This document shows, one piece after another, positions 25,009-31,984 of a stretch of DNA of 31,984 nt; the first letter of the stretch is position 1; every line of letters begins with the position of its first letter. Under the pieces are notes generated by a model, which was not told the origin of the DNA, did not search any database, and saw nothing but the letters and a program-made list of their open reading frames with translations. The position numbers and the translations under genes are program-made. Source of the stretch: Thermoanaerobaculia bacterium (GTDB lineage: Bacteria; Acidobacteriota; Thermoanaerobaculia; Gp7-AA8); assembly GCA_036387295.1 (NCBI GenBank), contig DASVUA010000254.1, positions 1 to 31,984 of the forward strand. Reading direction: 5' to 3'.

Positions 25009-26642
25009 CGTTTCTCCTTCACGAGCTCGCCGCCGAGGTGTTTGCGGAACGCGCTGACGACAGGATCGTCGCGCAGCGGCACCGGCTTGTCCTCGGCGCG
25101 GCGGCCGGTTGCTGCAGGTGTGGCCTCGGCAGATGCGAGGCGCGTTTCGACCGTCATCTTCTCGCCGTACAGTTCGGATGCGATCTGCGCGATTGCGTCT
25201 TTCGCATCGCCGACGGTGTCGGCCTGAAACGAGTCTTCGAAGATGAAGGTGAGCTTGTTGCCGTTGCGCTCCATCGTCGCCGCGGCGAGATGGCCGCCGA
25301 CCAGCGGGCGTTTCGCGCGAACGCGGGCGACGAGGTCGGCGGGATCGGTGGATGGTTGTCGGTTGTCAGTAGCTGGTTGTCTGGGCGCTGCGGCGGGCTC
25401 TGCGCGTTCGTCGGATGCCTGCGCACGCGACGATTGCGCTCGCGGCGCCGGCGCGGGCGGTGCAGGGGTTGCGCGCGGTGCGGATTGCGTTTGCGGCCGC
25501 GCGGCCGGTGCGGGCGCCGAGAGGTTGCCGGCGATCACCTGTTCGACCGATTTCAGACGCGGGAACGTCGCGGCTTTGAGGAGCGCGATCTCGACGGCGA
25601 GACGTTGATGTTCGGCGCGATTCACCGTCTCGTCATCGCGCAGCAGCAGGTTCGCGATGCGCAGCAGATCGGTGTACGAGAACTGATCGGCGACCGAGCG
25701 CAGCGTGGGAAGATCCTCCGGCGCGACCGCGAGCATCTGCTCGTTCGCGCCGCCCGCGAGCAGCAGCAGGTTGCGCACGAAGTTCAGCAGATCGCGGTAC
25801 AGCATCTTGAAATCGCGGCCGGTGTCGGCTGCTTCCTGCAGCGCGTCGAGCACGGCTGCGTGATCGCCCTCGGAGATGTGCGTCACGACGCGGGCGAAGA
25901 AATTCGTTTCGGAGAGGCCGAGGATCGTGGCGACGTCGGTGACGCTGATCGAGCGGCCGGAGAACGCGATGATCTGATCGAGCAGAGACAGCGAATCGCG
26001 GACGCTGCCTTCACCGCGGCGGGCAACGATCTCGAGCGCGGCGCGCTCGGCTTCGATGCCTTCGGACTTGCAGATCCGCTCGAGCCGGGTGATCAGATCG
26101 TTCAGCTCGATCTTGCGCAGAATGAACTTCTGCACGCGCGAGAGGATCGTCTGCGGCACCTTGTGCATCTCGGTCGTCGCGAACATGAAGACGACGTGCG
26201 GCGGCGGCTCTTCGATGAGCTTCAGCAATGCGTTCCACGACGCGGTGGAGAGCATGTGCGCTTCGTCGATGATGAAGATGCGGTAGCGGTCGCGGGCCGG
26301 CTGAAACTGCGAGACGTCGCGGAGCTCGCGGACGTTATCGACGCCGGTGTACGTCGCGGCGTCGATTTCCCGCACGTCCATGTCGATCCCCTCGGTGATC
26401 TCACGGCAGGTGGTGCAGGTGTTGTCGGGGTCGGTGGTCGGACCGCTCGCGCAGTTCAGCGCTTTCGCGAGGATGCGCGCGGTGGTCGTTTTACCGACGC
26501 CGCGGACGCCCGAGAAGAGGTAGGCGTGATGGATGCGCTTGCCCTCGATCGCGTTCTGCAGCGTGCGAACCGCCGTTTCCTGACCGACGACGTCGTCGAA
26601 GGTCTGGGGGCGGTATTTGCGCGCGAGAGCCTGATAGGACAT
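25005..26642 (-). CDS. dnaX: DNA polymerase III subunit gamma/tau
   Basis: [59 protein letters not shown]. Confidence 0.98.
   Translation of the reverse strand: MSYQALARKYRPQTFDDVVGQETAVRTLQNAIEGKRIHHAYLFSGVRGVGKTTTARILAKALNCASGPTTDPDNTCTTCREITEGIDMDVREIDAATYTGVDNVRELRDVSQFQPARDRYRIFIIDEAHMLSTASWNALLKLIEEPPPHVVFMFATTEMHKVPQTILSRVQKFILRKIELNDLITRLERICKSEGIEAERAALEIVARRGEGSVRDSLSLLDQIIAFSGRSISVTDVATILGLSETNFFARVVTHISEGDHAAVLDALQEAADTGRDFKMLYRDLLNFVRNLLLLAGGANEQMLAVAPEDLPTLRSVADQFSYTDLLRIANLLLRDDETVNRAEHQRLAVEIALLKAATFPRLKSVEQVIAGNLSAPAPAARPQTQSAPRATPAPPAPAPRAQSSRAQASDERAEPAAAPRQPATDNRQPSTDPADLVARVRAKRPLVGGHLAAATMERNGNKLTFIFEDSFQADTVGDAKDAIAQIASELYGEKMTVETRLASAEATPAATGRRAEDKPVPLRDDPVVSAFRKHLGGELVKEKR
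25345..25386. repeat. Six degenerate tandem 7-mers in-frame in the dnaX linker
   Basis: TCGGTGG ATGGTTG TCGGTTG TCAGTAG CTGGTTG TCTGGGC; encodes approximately [13 protein letters not shown]. Confidence 0.65.
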
Positions 26643-26650
26643 GCGGCGTG

Positions 26651-26656
26651 AGTATA
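26651..26656 (-). promoter_or_regulatory. -10 box of leaderless-type dnaX promoter
   Basis: Minus strand TATACT-N8-ATG, no SD. Confidence 0.55.
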
Positions 26657-26675
26657 TCGGGGGAGAAGCAGAAAA

Positions 26676-26797
26676 CCCGCTGAGAAGAGCCCAGGCCGGA
26701 CTGTGTCACGCAGGGAAAGCACCTTATCGCTGCTTCCTTCCGGACCTGACGAGGTTCGGTGCGCCTGCTGCACAGGACCCGGGCTCATCCCAGCGGG
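26676..26797 (-). ncRNA. ffs: Signal recognition particle RNA (4.5S)
   Basis: Minus strand contains GAACC..TCAGGTCCGGAAGGAAGCAGC in a long hairpin closed by CCCGCTGGGA/TCTCAGCGGG; upstream of dnaX. Ends approximate. Confidence 0.95.
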
Positions 26798-26841
26798 CTG
26801 TCGACCGGAAAAACTTCGATGAATCAGTAACGGCGTTGCGC

Positions 26842-26932
26842 TGGCGGAGAGAGTGGGATTCGAACCCACGGTACGCGATTAACGTACACACGCTTTCCAA
26901 GCGTGCGCCTTAAGCCACTCGGCCATCTCTCC
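26842..26932 (-). tRNA. tRNA-Ser (GGA)
   Basis: Anticodon arm CACGC-TT GGA AA-GCGTG, long variable arm, CCA. Confidence 0.97.
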
Positions 26933-26943
26933 TCGCTGCGCTC

Positions 26944-27031
26944 GGAAATTGAAAATTAAAAATTGAACATTGAAAACGTGCTGAGTTCTCAGAACTCATT
27001 TTCAATGTTCAATTTCACAATTTTCAATTCC
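26944..27031. repeat. AT-rich hairpin of tandem 7-mers, copy 1
   Basis: AAATTGA AAATTAA AAATTGA ACATTGA / centre TGAGTTCT-C-AGAACTCA / TTCAATG TTCAATT..TTCAATT. Confidence 0.85.
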
Positions 27032-27052
27032 GCGGCGCGCAGCGACGCGCGA

Positions 27053-27125
<73 letters not shown>

Positions 27126-27147
<22 letters not shown>

Positions 27148-27605
27148 GTTCGATCGCGCTGACGCAGTTTGCGGAAGAAATCCTGGAGCATCTGCCGCGA
27201 GCGCTCTTCCATGAAACCGCCTTCGAGTTGAAGGCGATGGTTGAGCCGCGCGTCCTGCACCAGGTTTCCGAGCGAGCCACAGAAGCCTGCCTTGGGATCG
27301 TATGCGGCGAAGACCAGCCGCGCGACGCGAGCATTGACGAGCGCGCCGGCGCACATGGCGCACGGCTCGAGGGTGACGAACATCGTCGTCCGTTCGAGTC
27401 TCCAGTCGCCGATCGCGCGGGCCGCCTCCGAGATTGCGTAAAGCTCGGCGTGACCCAGCGGATCGCCCGACTCGCGCCGGTTGCGGCCGCGTCCGATGAT
27501 CCGCCCTTGCTCGTCGACGATCACGGCTCCGACCGGAATCTCTCCGTCGTCAGCCGCTTCCAGGGCAAGCGACAGTGCTGTTTCCATCCACTGCGCCTGA
27601 TTCAT
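27126..27605 (-). CDS. tadA: tRNA adenosine(34) deaminase
   Basis: GEIPVGAV, HAE, TLEPCAMCAGA, AYDPKAG, LQDFFRKLR. Stop lies inside tRNA-Ser(CGA). Confidence 0.95.
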
Positions 27606-27619
27606 CTGTCAAAGAATAC

Positions 27620-27642
27620 GACGGCGGGCAACGCCCGCCGTC
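27620..27642. other. Perfect 10-bp hairpin between tRNA-Arg(ACG) and tadA
   Basis: GACGGCGGGC-AAC-GCCCGCCGTC; the stem core matches the REP stem CGGCGGGC/GCCCGCCG. Followed on the minus strand by GTATTCTTT. Confidence 0.6.
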
Positions 27643-27656
27643 AGTTGAATCCGAAT

Positions 27657-27733
27657 TGGTGCACCCAAGAGGACTCGAACCTCTAACCTTCTGATCCGTA
27701 GTCAGATGCTCTATCCAATTGAGCTATGGGTGC
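27657..27733 (-). tRNA. tRNA-Arg (ACG)
   Basis: Anticodon arm TCTGA-CT ACG GA-TCAGA, CCA. Confidence 0.98.
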
Positions 27734-27784
27734 GAGCACGGGCCCTAACGATCCCCCCCGGATGTTCATTCCGGGTGGGCGCGC

Positions 27785-27813
27785 ATTCTACTCAGGCGAC
27801 CCTCGCCTGACAA
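27785..27813 (-). promoter_or_regulatory. sigma70-type promoter of tRNA-Arg(ACG)
   Basis: Minus strand TTGTCA-N17-TAGAAT; palindrome TCAGGCGA-CCC-TCGCCTGA at 27792-27810. Confidence 0.8.
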
Positions 27814-27865
27814 CTATCAAATTCGCGAGGCGAATCTCGCCGCCTCCGGATCAGCAACTTCTCGC

Positions 27866-27893
27866 TTGCTGCCGTCTCTACATGCGCTAGACT
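27866..27893 (+). promoter_or_regulatory. Putative sigma70 promoter for the structured leader and ORF 27992
   Basis: TTGCTG-N16-TAGACT. Confidence 0.5.
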
Positions 27894-27923
27894 AACGGCT
27901 CCTTAGCTCAGCAAGCTTTCATG

Positions 27924-27977
27924 GCCTCTACGGTTGGCGAACTGCCTGCCCACCCTTCCCCAGCCAACCGTGGAGGC
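27924..27977 (+). other. 15-bp stem with 24-nt C-rich loop (candidate sRNA or leader)
   Basis: GCCTCTACGGTTGGC / GCCAACCGTGGAGGC (one G-T), followed by GTGATTTTT. Confidence 0.55.
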
Positions 27978-27991
27978 GTGATTTTTCCCGG

Positions 27992-28438
27992 ATGAAGAAG
28001 GAAGACGTCTACGCCCGGATGATGCACACGCCCGACGATCCCGTTCGGGCAGGGCTGCGCGCCGCGTTGCGCGATGCCTGGAAGCAACTCCTCCCGCTGC
28101 ATCGTGCGCTCATCGACGCGTCGAACGCCGAGTACACGGCGAACGTCGGCCCGGTCACCGGTCCCGGACATCTATTGAAGCTGCTGCAGGAAGATCCATT
28201 CTTCTTCTGGCTCAAGCCGCTCACGTCGCTGATCGTCGACATCGATTCGACGGCGCGGACCGATTTCGAGCGCGCAGACGTCGACGCATTGCTGCTCCGT
28301 CTCGATCGGCTCTTCGGCTCAACCGCCGAGGCTGAGTTCACGGAGCGCTACGTGCCGATTCTGCAGAACGACGTCGATGTGGCCATTGCGCACGCCGCGA
28401 TTCGCCAGATCCTGACGCGCCTCCGCATCAACGTCTGA
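27992..28438 (+). CDS. Hypothetical protein, predicted helical
   Basis: Codon-plausible 148-aa ORF (LLPLHRALID..LLKLLQEDPFFFWLKPLTSLIVDID..LQNDVDVAIAH). True start may be the tandem ATGs about 30 nt downstream. Confidence 0.7.
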   Translation: MKKEDVYARMMHTPDDPVRAGLRAALRDAWKQLLPLHRALIDASNAEYTANVGPVTGPGHLLKLLQEDPFFFWLKPLTSLIVDIDSTARTDFERADVDALLLRLDRLFGSTAEAEFTERYVPILQNDVDVAIAHAAIRQILTRLRINV

Positions 28439-28464
28439 GCGGGAGCAGCGGCCGCCTCGCCCGG

Positions 28465-28541
28465 TGGTGTCCCCGGCAGGATTCGAACCTGCGACCATCG
28501 GCTTAGAAGGCCGGTGCTCTGTCCAACTGAGCTACGGGGAC
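28465..28541 (-). tRNA. tRNA-Arg (TCT)
   Basis: Anticodon loop CT TCT AA, acceptor GTCCCCG/CGGGGAC, CCA. Confidence 0.97.
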
Positions 28542-28560
28542 TTGATGGGCGCCACTCGCG

Positions 28561-28650
28561 CGGCGAAATGGAAATTGAGAACTTGAAAATTGAAAAAGGC
28601 GCCGCTCGCGGCGTTTTCAATTTCTCATTTTCAATTTTCAATTTGCGCCG
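28561..28650. repeat. AT-rich hairpin of tandem 7-mers, copy 2
   Basis: CGGCG AAATGGA AATTGAG AACTTGA AAATTGA / centre CGCCGC-TC-GCGGCG / TTTTCAA TTTCTCA TTTTCAA TTTTCAA TTT GCGCCG. Confidence 0.85.
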
Positions 28651-28662
28651 CAGGCGCGGAAA

Positions 28663-28739
<77 letters not shown>

Positions 28740-28826
28740 ACACGTGAGGACGACGCATGCTCGCCTCTAACGCTGCGGCGGTCAACAGGCGACCGCCGCA
28801 AATCCATTCCGAAGCGGCGCCGCGGC

Positions 28827-29270
28827 TCAAACCGCGTGTGCGGTCTGGAAGTTGCCGTACGAGCGCGGCGGAAGCGCCGCCGTCCACTTCGAGCAATCGG
28901 CCGCATCGAGGAGGAACTCGAACGCCGCGCCGTGCGAGCGCACGCGCAGCACGCGGCAATCTCCGCGATGCGTGCGGCCGGTTGCGAGATCGTCGTCGTA
29001 CTCGATCTCGTCGATGCGGTCGAGATCGAACGACGCTTCGAGATCGGCGTTCTCGTAATGGAACGTCGTCTCCGTCAACGCGAGTGCCACGGGGATCATC
29101 GCCGGCCCTTCCACGTATTCGGCGCGCGTCACCAGCCGTGCGCTGCCGCGCCGCCTGGCGACGAACGTATCGAGCACGTCCCGCTGGCGGAGCCTGAGGT
29201 AGGTCGGGATGAGCACCGCGACGACGAGGAGTCCTGCGACGACAGCAATCGTTTCGGCAAACGCAGACAT
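28827..29270 (-). CDS. Hypothetical protein, N-terminal TM helix plus possible PH-like domain
   Basis: IAVVAGLLVVAVLIPTYL hydrophobic segment, then beta-rich LALTETTFHYEN..FDLDRIDEIEY..LRVRS..W; GGAGG RBS. Confidence 0.7.
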   Translation of the reverse strand: MSAFAETIAVVAGLLVVAVLIPTYLRLRQRDVLDTFVARRRGSARLVTRAEYVEGPAMIPVALALTETTFHYENADLEASFDLDRIDEIEYDDDLATGRTHRGDCRVLRVRSHGAAFEFLLDAADCSKWTAALPPRSYGNFQTAHAV

Positions 29271-29396
29271 GGCATTCCCTCCGGCAGAAATTACTTTTTT
29301 CGTTTCTTCGAATGTAAGCTCATTCGCAGGAAAGAACCACAGAAAATTCGTCCGTGCAGCCGAGCCCTGCCGTCACTCTTCGTTAGAATGACCACA

Positions 29397-29867
29397 ATGC
29401 ATTCAGCGACTCGGCGGACCCGCAGCGAACATTCGTCCGGCGGCGCCGTGATTGCGATCCGCGATGGTGCCGCGCACGTGGCGCTCATCGCGACCCGAAA
29501 CAAGACGCGCTGGGGGCTGCCGAAAGGGGCGGTGATCGACGGCGAGACTTCCGAGGACGCCGCGCTGCGCGAAGTGCTCGAAGAAACGGGGCTGCAGGCG
29601 CGCATCGTCAAGCCGCTCGACACGATCCAGTACGTCTTTCGCGCGGGCGACACGCTCGTGCAGAAGCGCGTCGACTTTTATCTGATGGCGTATGTCGGCG
29701 GTGAGCTCGAGCCGCAGCTCAGCGAGGTCGACGCGGTCGAGTGGGTCGAGCTGACGGCGGCGCTGCGGCGCGCGAGCTTCGACTCGGAGCGGAAGCTGCT
29801 GGAGATGGCGCAGCAGGAGCTCGGTGTTTCGCAGCGGATGCCGGACGTTTCGGCGCAGCCTTCGTAG
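29397..29867 (+). CDS. NUDIX hydrolase
   Basis: WGLPKG plus Nudix box GAVIDGETSEDAALREVLEETG. Start at ATG 29397 (TAGAAT-N7-ATG), not the ORF-track 28590. Confidence 0.92.
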   Translation: MHSATRRTRSEHSSGGAVIAIRDGAAHVALIATRNKTRWGLPKGAVIDGETSEDAALREVLEETGLQARIVKPLDTIQYVFRAGDTLVQKRVDFYLMAYVGGELEPQLSEVDAVEWVELTAALRRASFDSERKLLEMAQQELGVSQRMPDVSAQPS

Positions 29868-30606
29868 GCTTCGCGCTCTTCGTCGACGACACCGTCTTCT
29901 TCTTCGCCGACGTTTTCGCGCCGCGTGCGGCGGGCTGCTTCTCCTCCTGCGCGTCGTCCGCGGCGAGTTGTGCGGCCAGCGTCGGCACCTTGCGCGACGC
30001 CGCTTTCCGGTTGCTCTGCCAGACGTTCTCCGCGCTCACTTCGTCGATGGTCCGGTTCGAGACGACCGAGCGCGGCGCGACTTTCGTGACGTCGATCTCC
30101 TCGTTCGCAAACTCGTCGCGATGCTTGAGCAGCAGCCATTCGTTGCCGCGGTCCGACGATCCTTTTCCGCGGATCTTCACCAGCGCCCACTCGCCGAACA
30201 TCTTCTTCCCCTGCATCCGGAACGTCAGCTTCCCCGACTTCAGTGCCGCGACCGGATCGTCGCCCGGCTCGATGAACTCCCACGTCCCCTGATCCCAGAT
30301 GATCACGTTGCCGGCGCCGTAGTTTCCGTCCGGGATCACTCCTTCGAAGGCGGCGTAATCGTAGGGATGGTCCTCGGTCATCATCGCGAGGCGCCGCACG
30401 CCGGGGTCGTACGACGGACCTTTCGGCACGGCCCACGACTTCAGCACCCCTTCCATCTCCAGGCGAAAGTCATAGTGGAGATGCGAAGCCTGATGCTTCT
30501 GAATCACGAAGATCGGCCCTTTGGCGAGTTTCTTCGTGCGGCCGGCCGGCTCCGGCGTATCGCCGAAGTCGCGCATCTTTTTGTACTTGTCGAGCAGGTC
30601 GGGCAT
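29719..30606 (-). CDS. Stand-alone LigD 3'-phosphoesterase domain with K/A-rich tail
   Basis: YKKMRDFGDTPEP, FVIQKHQASHLHYDFRLE, LKSWAVPKGPS, TEDHPYDYAAFEG, YGAGNVIIWDQG. No ligase or polymerase domain. Confidence 0.9.
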   Translation of the reverse strand: MPDLLDKYKKMRDFGDTPEPAGRTKKLAKGPIFVIQKHQASHLHYDFRLEMEGVLKSWAVPKGPSYDPGVRRLAMMTEDHPYDYAAFEGVIPDGNYGAGNVIIWDQGTWEFIEPGDDPVAALKSGKLTFRMQGKKMFGEWALVKIRGKGSSDRGNEWLLLKHRDEFANEEIDVTKVAPRSVVSNRTIDEVSAENVWQSNRKAASRKVPTLAAQLAADDAQEEKQPAARGAKTSAKKKTVSSTKSAKPTKAAPKRPASAAKHRAPAAPSPAASAPSRSSRAAAPPSARPTRPRRPR

Positions 30607-30621
30607 CAGCTGTTCTCTGAC

Positions 30622-30648
30622 AGACGGTTTGCGCGTCGGTCGGTTGCA
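30622..30648 (-). promoter_or_regulatory. ECF-sigma-like promoter before LigD-PE gene
   Basis: Minus strand TGCAACC-N15-CGTCT. Confidence 0.4.
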
Positions 30649-30711
30649 CAGCGTGTTCCTTGCGCGCGCGGCGTCGGAACTTCCCTGATTAGAACGAGTT
30701 GCGCATTCTGG

Positions 30712-30738
30712 GGAACCGATCTTGCAGAGACGGCGTCT
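30712..30738 (+). promoter_or_regulatory. ECF-sigma-like promoter before sensor gene
   Basis: GGAACC-N16-CGTCT-N8-ATG(30747). Confidence 0.5.
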
Positions 30739-30746
30739 GGCTCAGT

Positions 30747-31984
30747 ATGTCTCCAAACATAAGGCGCATGCTCTGGGGTGCTTTCATAGGCCTGACTCTG
30801 CTCACCGCGGGAGCCGTGATCCTCACGATCGCGATCCTGCGGCTCGAGCAGCGCCATGAGAATCAGCTGGTCCGCGAATCGCGCCCGCTGCTCGACGCGA
30901 TCCGGACCATGGACGAGTCGCTGGCGATGATGGTCTCGGCCAGCCGCGGCTACTCGATGAGCAGGCAGACGGCGTTCGAGCAGCAGTACGACGACGCCGT
31001 GCGCGCGTTCGGCACCGCCGAAGCGCTCGCCGTCGAGCGTGCACGCGACCCGCGCGACCGGCAGACCATCTATCGATTCCGCGATCACTTCCGCGCGACG
31101 AAACAGAAGACCGATCTCCAGCTCCGCCTCACTCGCGAAGGGAACAACGACGAGAGTCACCGCGTGATGCTCGAGGTCGCGCAGGCGCGCCGCTCGGCTC
31201 CCGATTACGCGGAGCTGGTGTCCGATCGCGTGCGCGACGATCAGGCCGAAGGGTTCGACCGGCTGACCATGCTCCGCCAGTGGATCATGATGGCGATGAT
31301 CTTCGTCGGCCTCGGCCTCATCGCGGCGGCGGCAGGCGCGAGATCGCGCATCGAGCGGCAGCTCGGAACGTCGATCACCCGACAGGTGAAACGGACCGAG
31401 ACGATGATCGCCGGCATGGCGGACGGCGTGCTGCTCGTCGACGGCGACGGCAACACGGTCTTCATCAATCCTGCAGGCCAGCGTCTGCTCGGCAAAGCGG
31501 ACGTCGGCGTGCCGATCACGAAACAGGCGGAGGTCTACCGCCTGCGCGATGAGCACGGCCGGCAGCTCGATCCGCAGGAGCTCCCCGCCGCACAGGCGCT
31601 ATCGACCGGCAGCGCGGTGCAGGACGTCACGATCCTCATCGCTCGCGAGGGAAGCGAAAAGGTCGCCGTTTCGATGAGCGCCACACCGCTGCACGAGGAC
31701 GGACGCACCTCCGGCGTCGTCGTCACGTTCCGCGACATCACCGAACGCCGCTTCTTCGAAGAGCAGATGCAGGCGCAGGCAACGCGCGCGCAGGTGCTCG
31801 CCGACGCCGGCGCGTTCTTCTCGAGCAACATCGATCCGACGTGGGTCACGCAGGCCATTGCAGAGCGCACCGCGGAAGTGCTCGGCGACTGGTCGGCCGT
31901 CATCCTGCGCAATGCCGAATCGAAAGAGCTCAGCGTCGCGTCGATTTATCACCGCGACATGGCCTCGCTCGGCCTCGCCTGGTC
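30747..31984 (+). CDS. Membrane sensor protein (CHASE3-like, TM, PAS/PAC, GAF), probably a histidine kinase; 3'-truncated
   Basis: Open frame from 30747 to window end (absent from ORF track, no stop): TM1 LWGAFIGLTLLTAGAVIL, helical periplasmic part, TM2, PAS MADGVLLVDGDGNTVFINPAG, PAC SATPL..GVVVTFRDITERR, GAF start. Confidence 0.85.
   Translation, partial: MSPNIRRMLWGAFIGLTLLTAGAVILTIAILRLEQRHENQLVRESRPLLDAIRTMDESLAMMVSASRGYSMSRQTAFEQQYDDAVRAFGTAEALAVERARDPRDRQTIYRFRDHFRATKQKTDLQLRLTREGNNDESHRVMLEVAQARRSAPDYAELVSDRVRDDQAEGFDRLTMLRQWIMMAMIFVGLGLIAAAAGARSRIERQLGTSITRQVKRTETMIAGMADGVLLVDGDGNTVFINPAGQRLLGKADVGVPITKQAEVYRLRDEHGRQLDPQELPAAQALSTGSAVQDVTILIAREGSEKVAVSMSATPLHEDGRTSGVVVTFRDITERRFFEEQMQAQATRAQVLADAGAFFSSNIDPTWVTQAIAERTAEVLGDWSAVILRNAESKELSVASIYHRDMASLGLAW

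Noticed and set aside
25005-26642. Programmed -1 frameshift site (A AAA AAG or long A-run) in dnaX
   Set aside because: I saw no such slippery run on the coding strand.
27897-27911. GGCTCCTTAGCTCAG resembling a tRNA 5' end
   Set aside because: No D-stem partner, anticodon arm, T-loop or acceptor complement follows.
29262-29290. GACATGGCATTCCCTCC resembling the start of a fluoride riboswitch
   Set aside because: The downstream conserved elements are missing. It is simply the antisense of the RBS and start of ORF 29270.

Overview
GC-rich bacterial chromosomal window. Gene content (Oar-type TonB receptor, DUF507, Myxococcus-like MglAB) suggests Acidobacteriota or a relative; this is an inference. 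It is a housekeeping region probably close to oriC. Gene order: dnaN(partial)-recF-gyrB-gyrA-DUF507, Zn-ribbon hypothetical, rng, tRNA-Asn, decayed Ser/Thr kinase remnant, aldehyde dehydrogenase, TonB-dependent receptor, hslUV, RluA-family synthase, recA, lipoprotein, udgX, ATP-grasp-like protein, mglBA, aldo/keto reductase, recR-ybaB-dnaX, ffs, five more tRNAs with tadA, three small genes, a stand-alone LigD phosphoesterase and a partial CHASE3/PAS/GAF sensor. I saw no integrase, transposase, CRISPR array or defence island. The most unusual signals are non-coding. (1) Four REP-like doublets, each pairing a CTT-loop unit with a CTC/GTC-loop unit. (2) Two AT-rich hairpins built from tandem 7-mers, both between tandem tRNA genes, plus an 8-mer-armed hairpin and an in-frame 7-mer run inside dnaX. 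(3) A recurrent TANNNT-N7/8-ATG leaderless architecture. (4) An identical 15-mer with sigma54-like geometry before two genes. (5) Divergent ECF-type promoters. Unexplained coding features include an emfourin-like lipoprotein, an ATP-grasp-like gene behind mglBA and a 56-aa acidic insertion in GyrA. All calls are by eye, without database searches.
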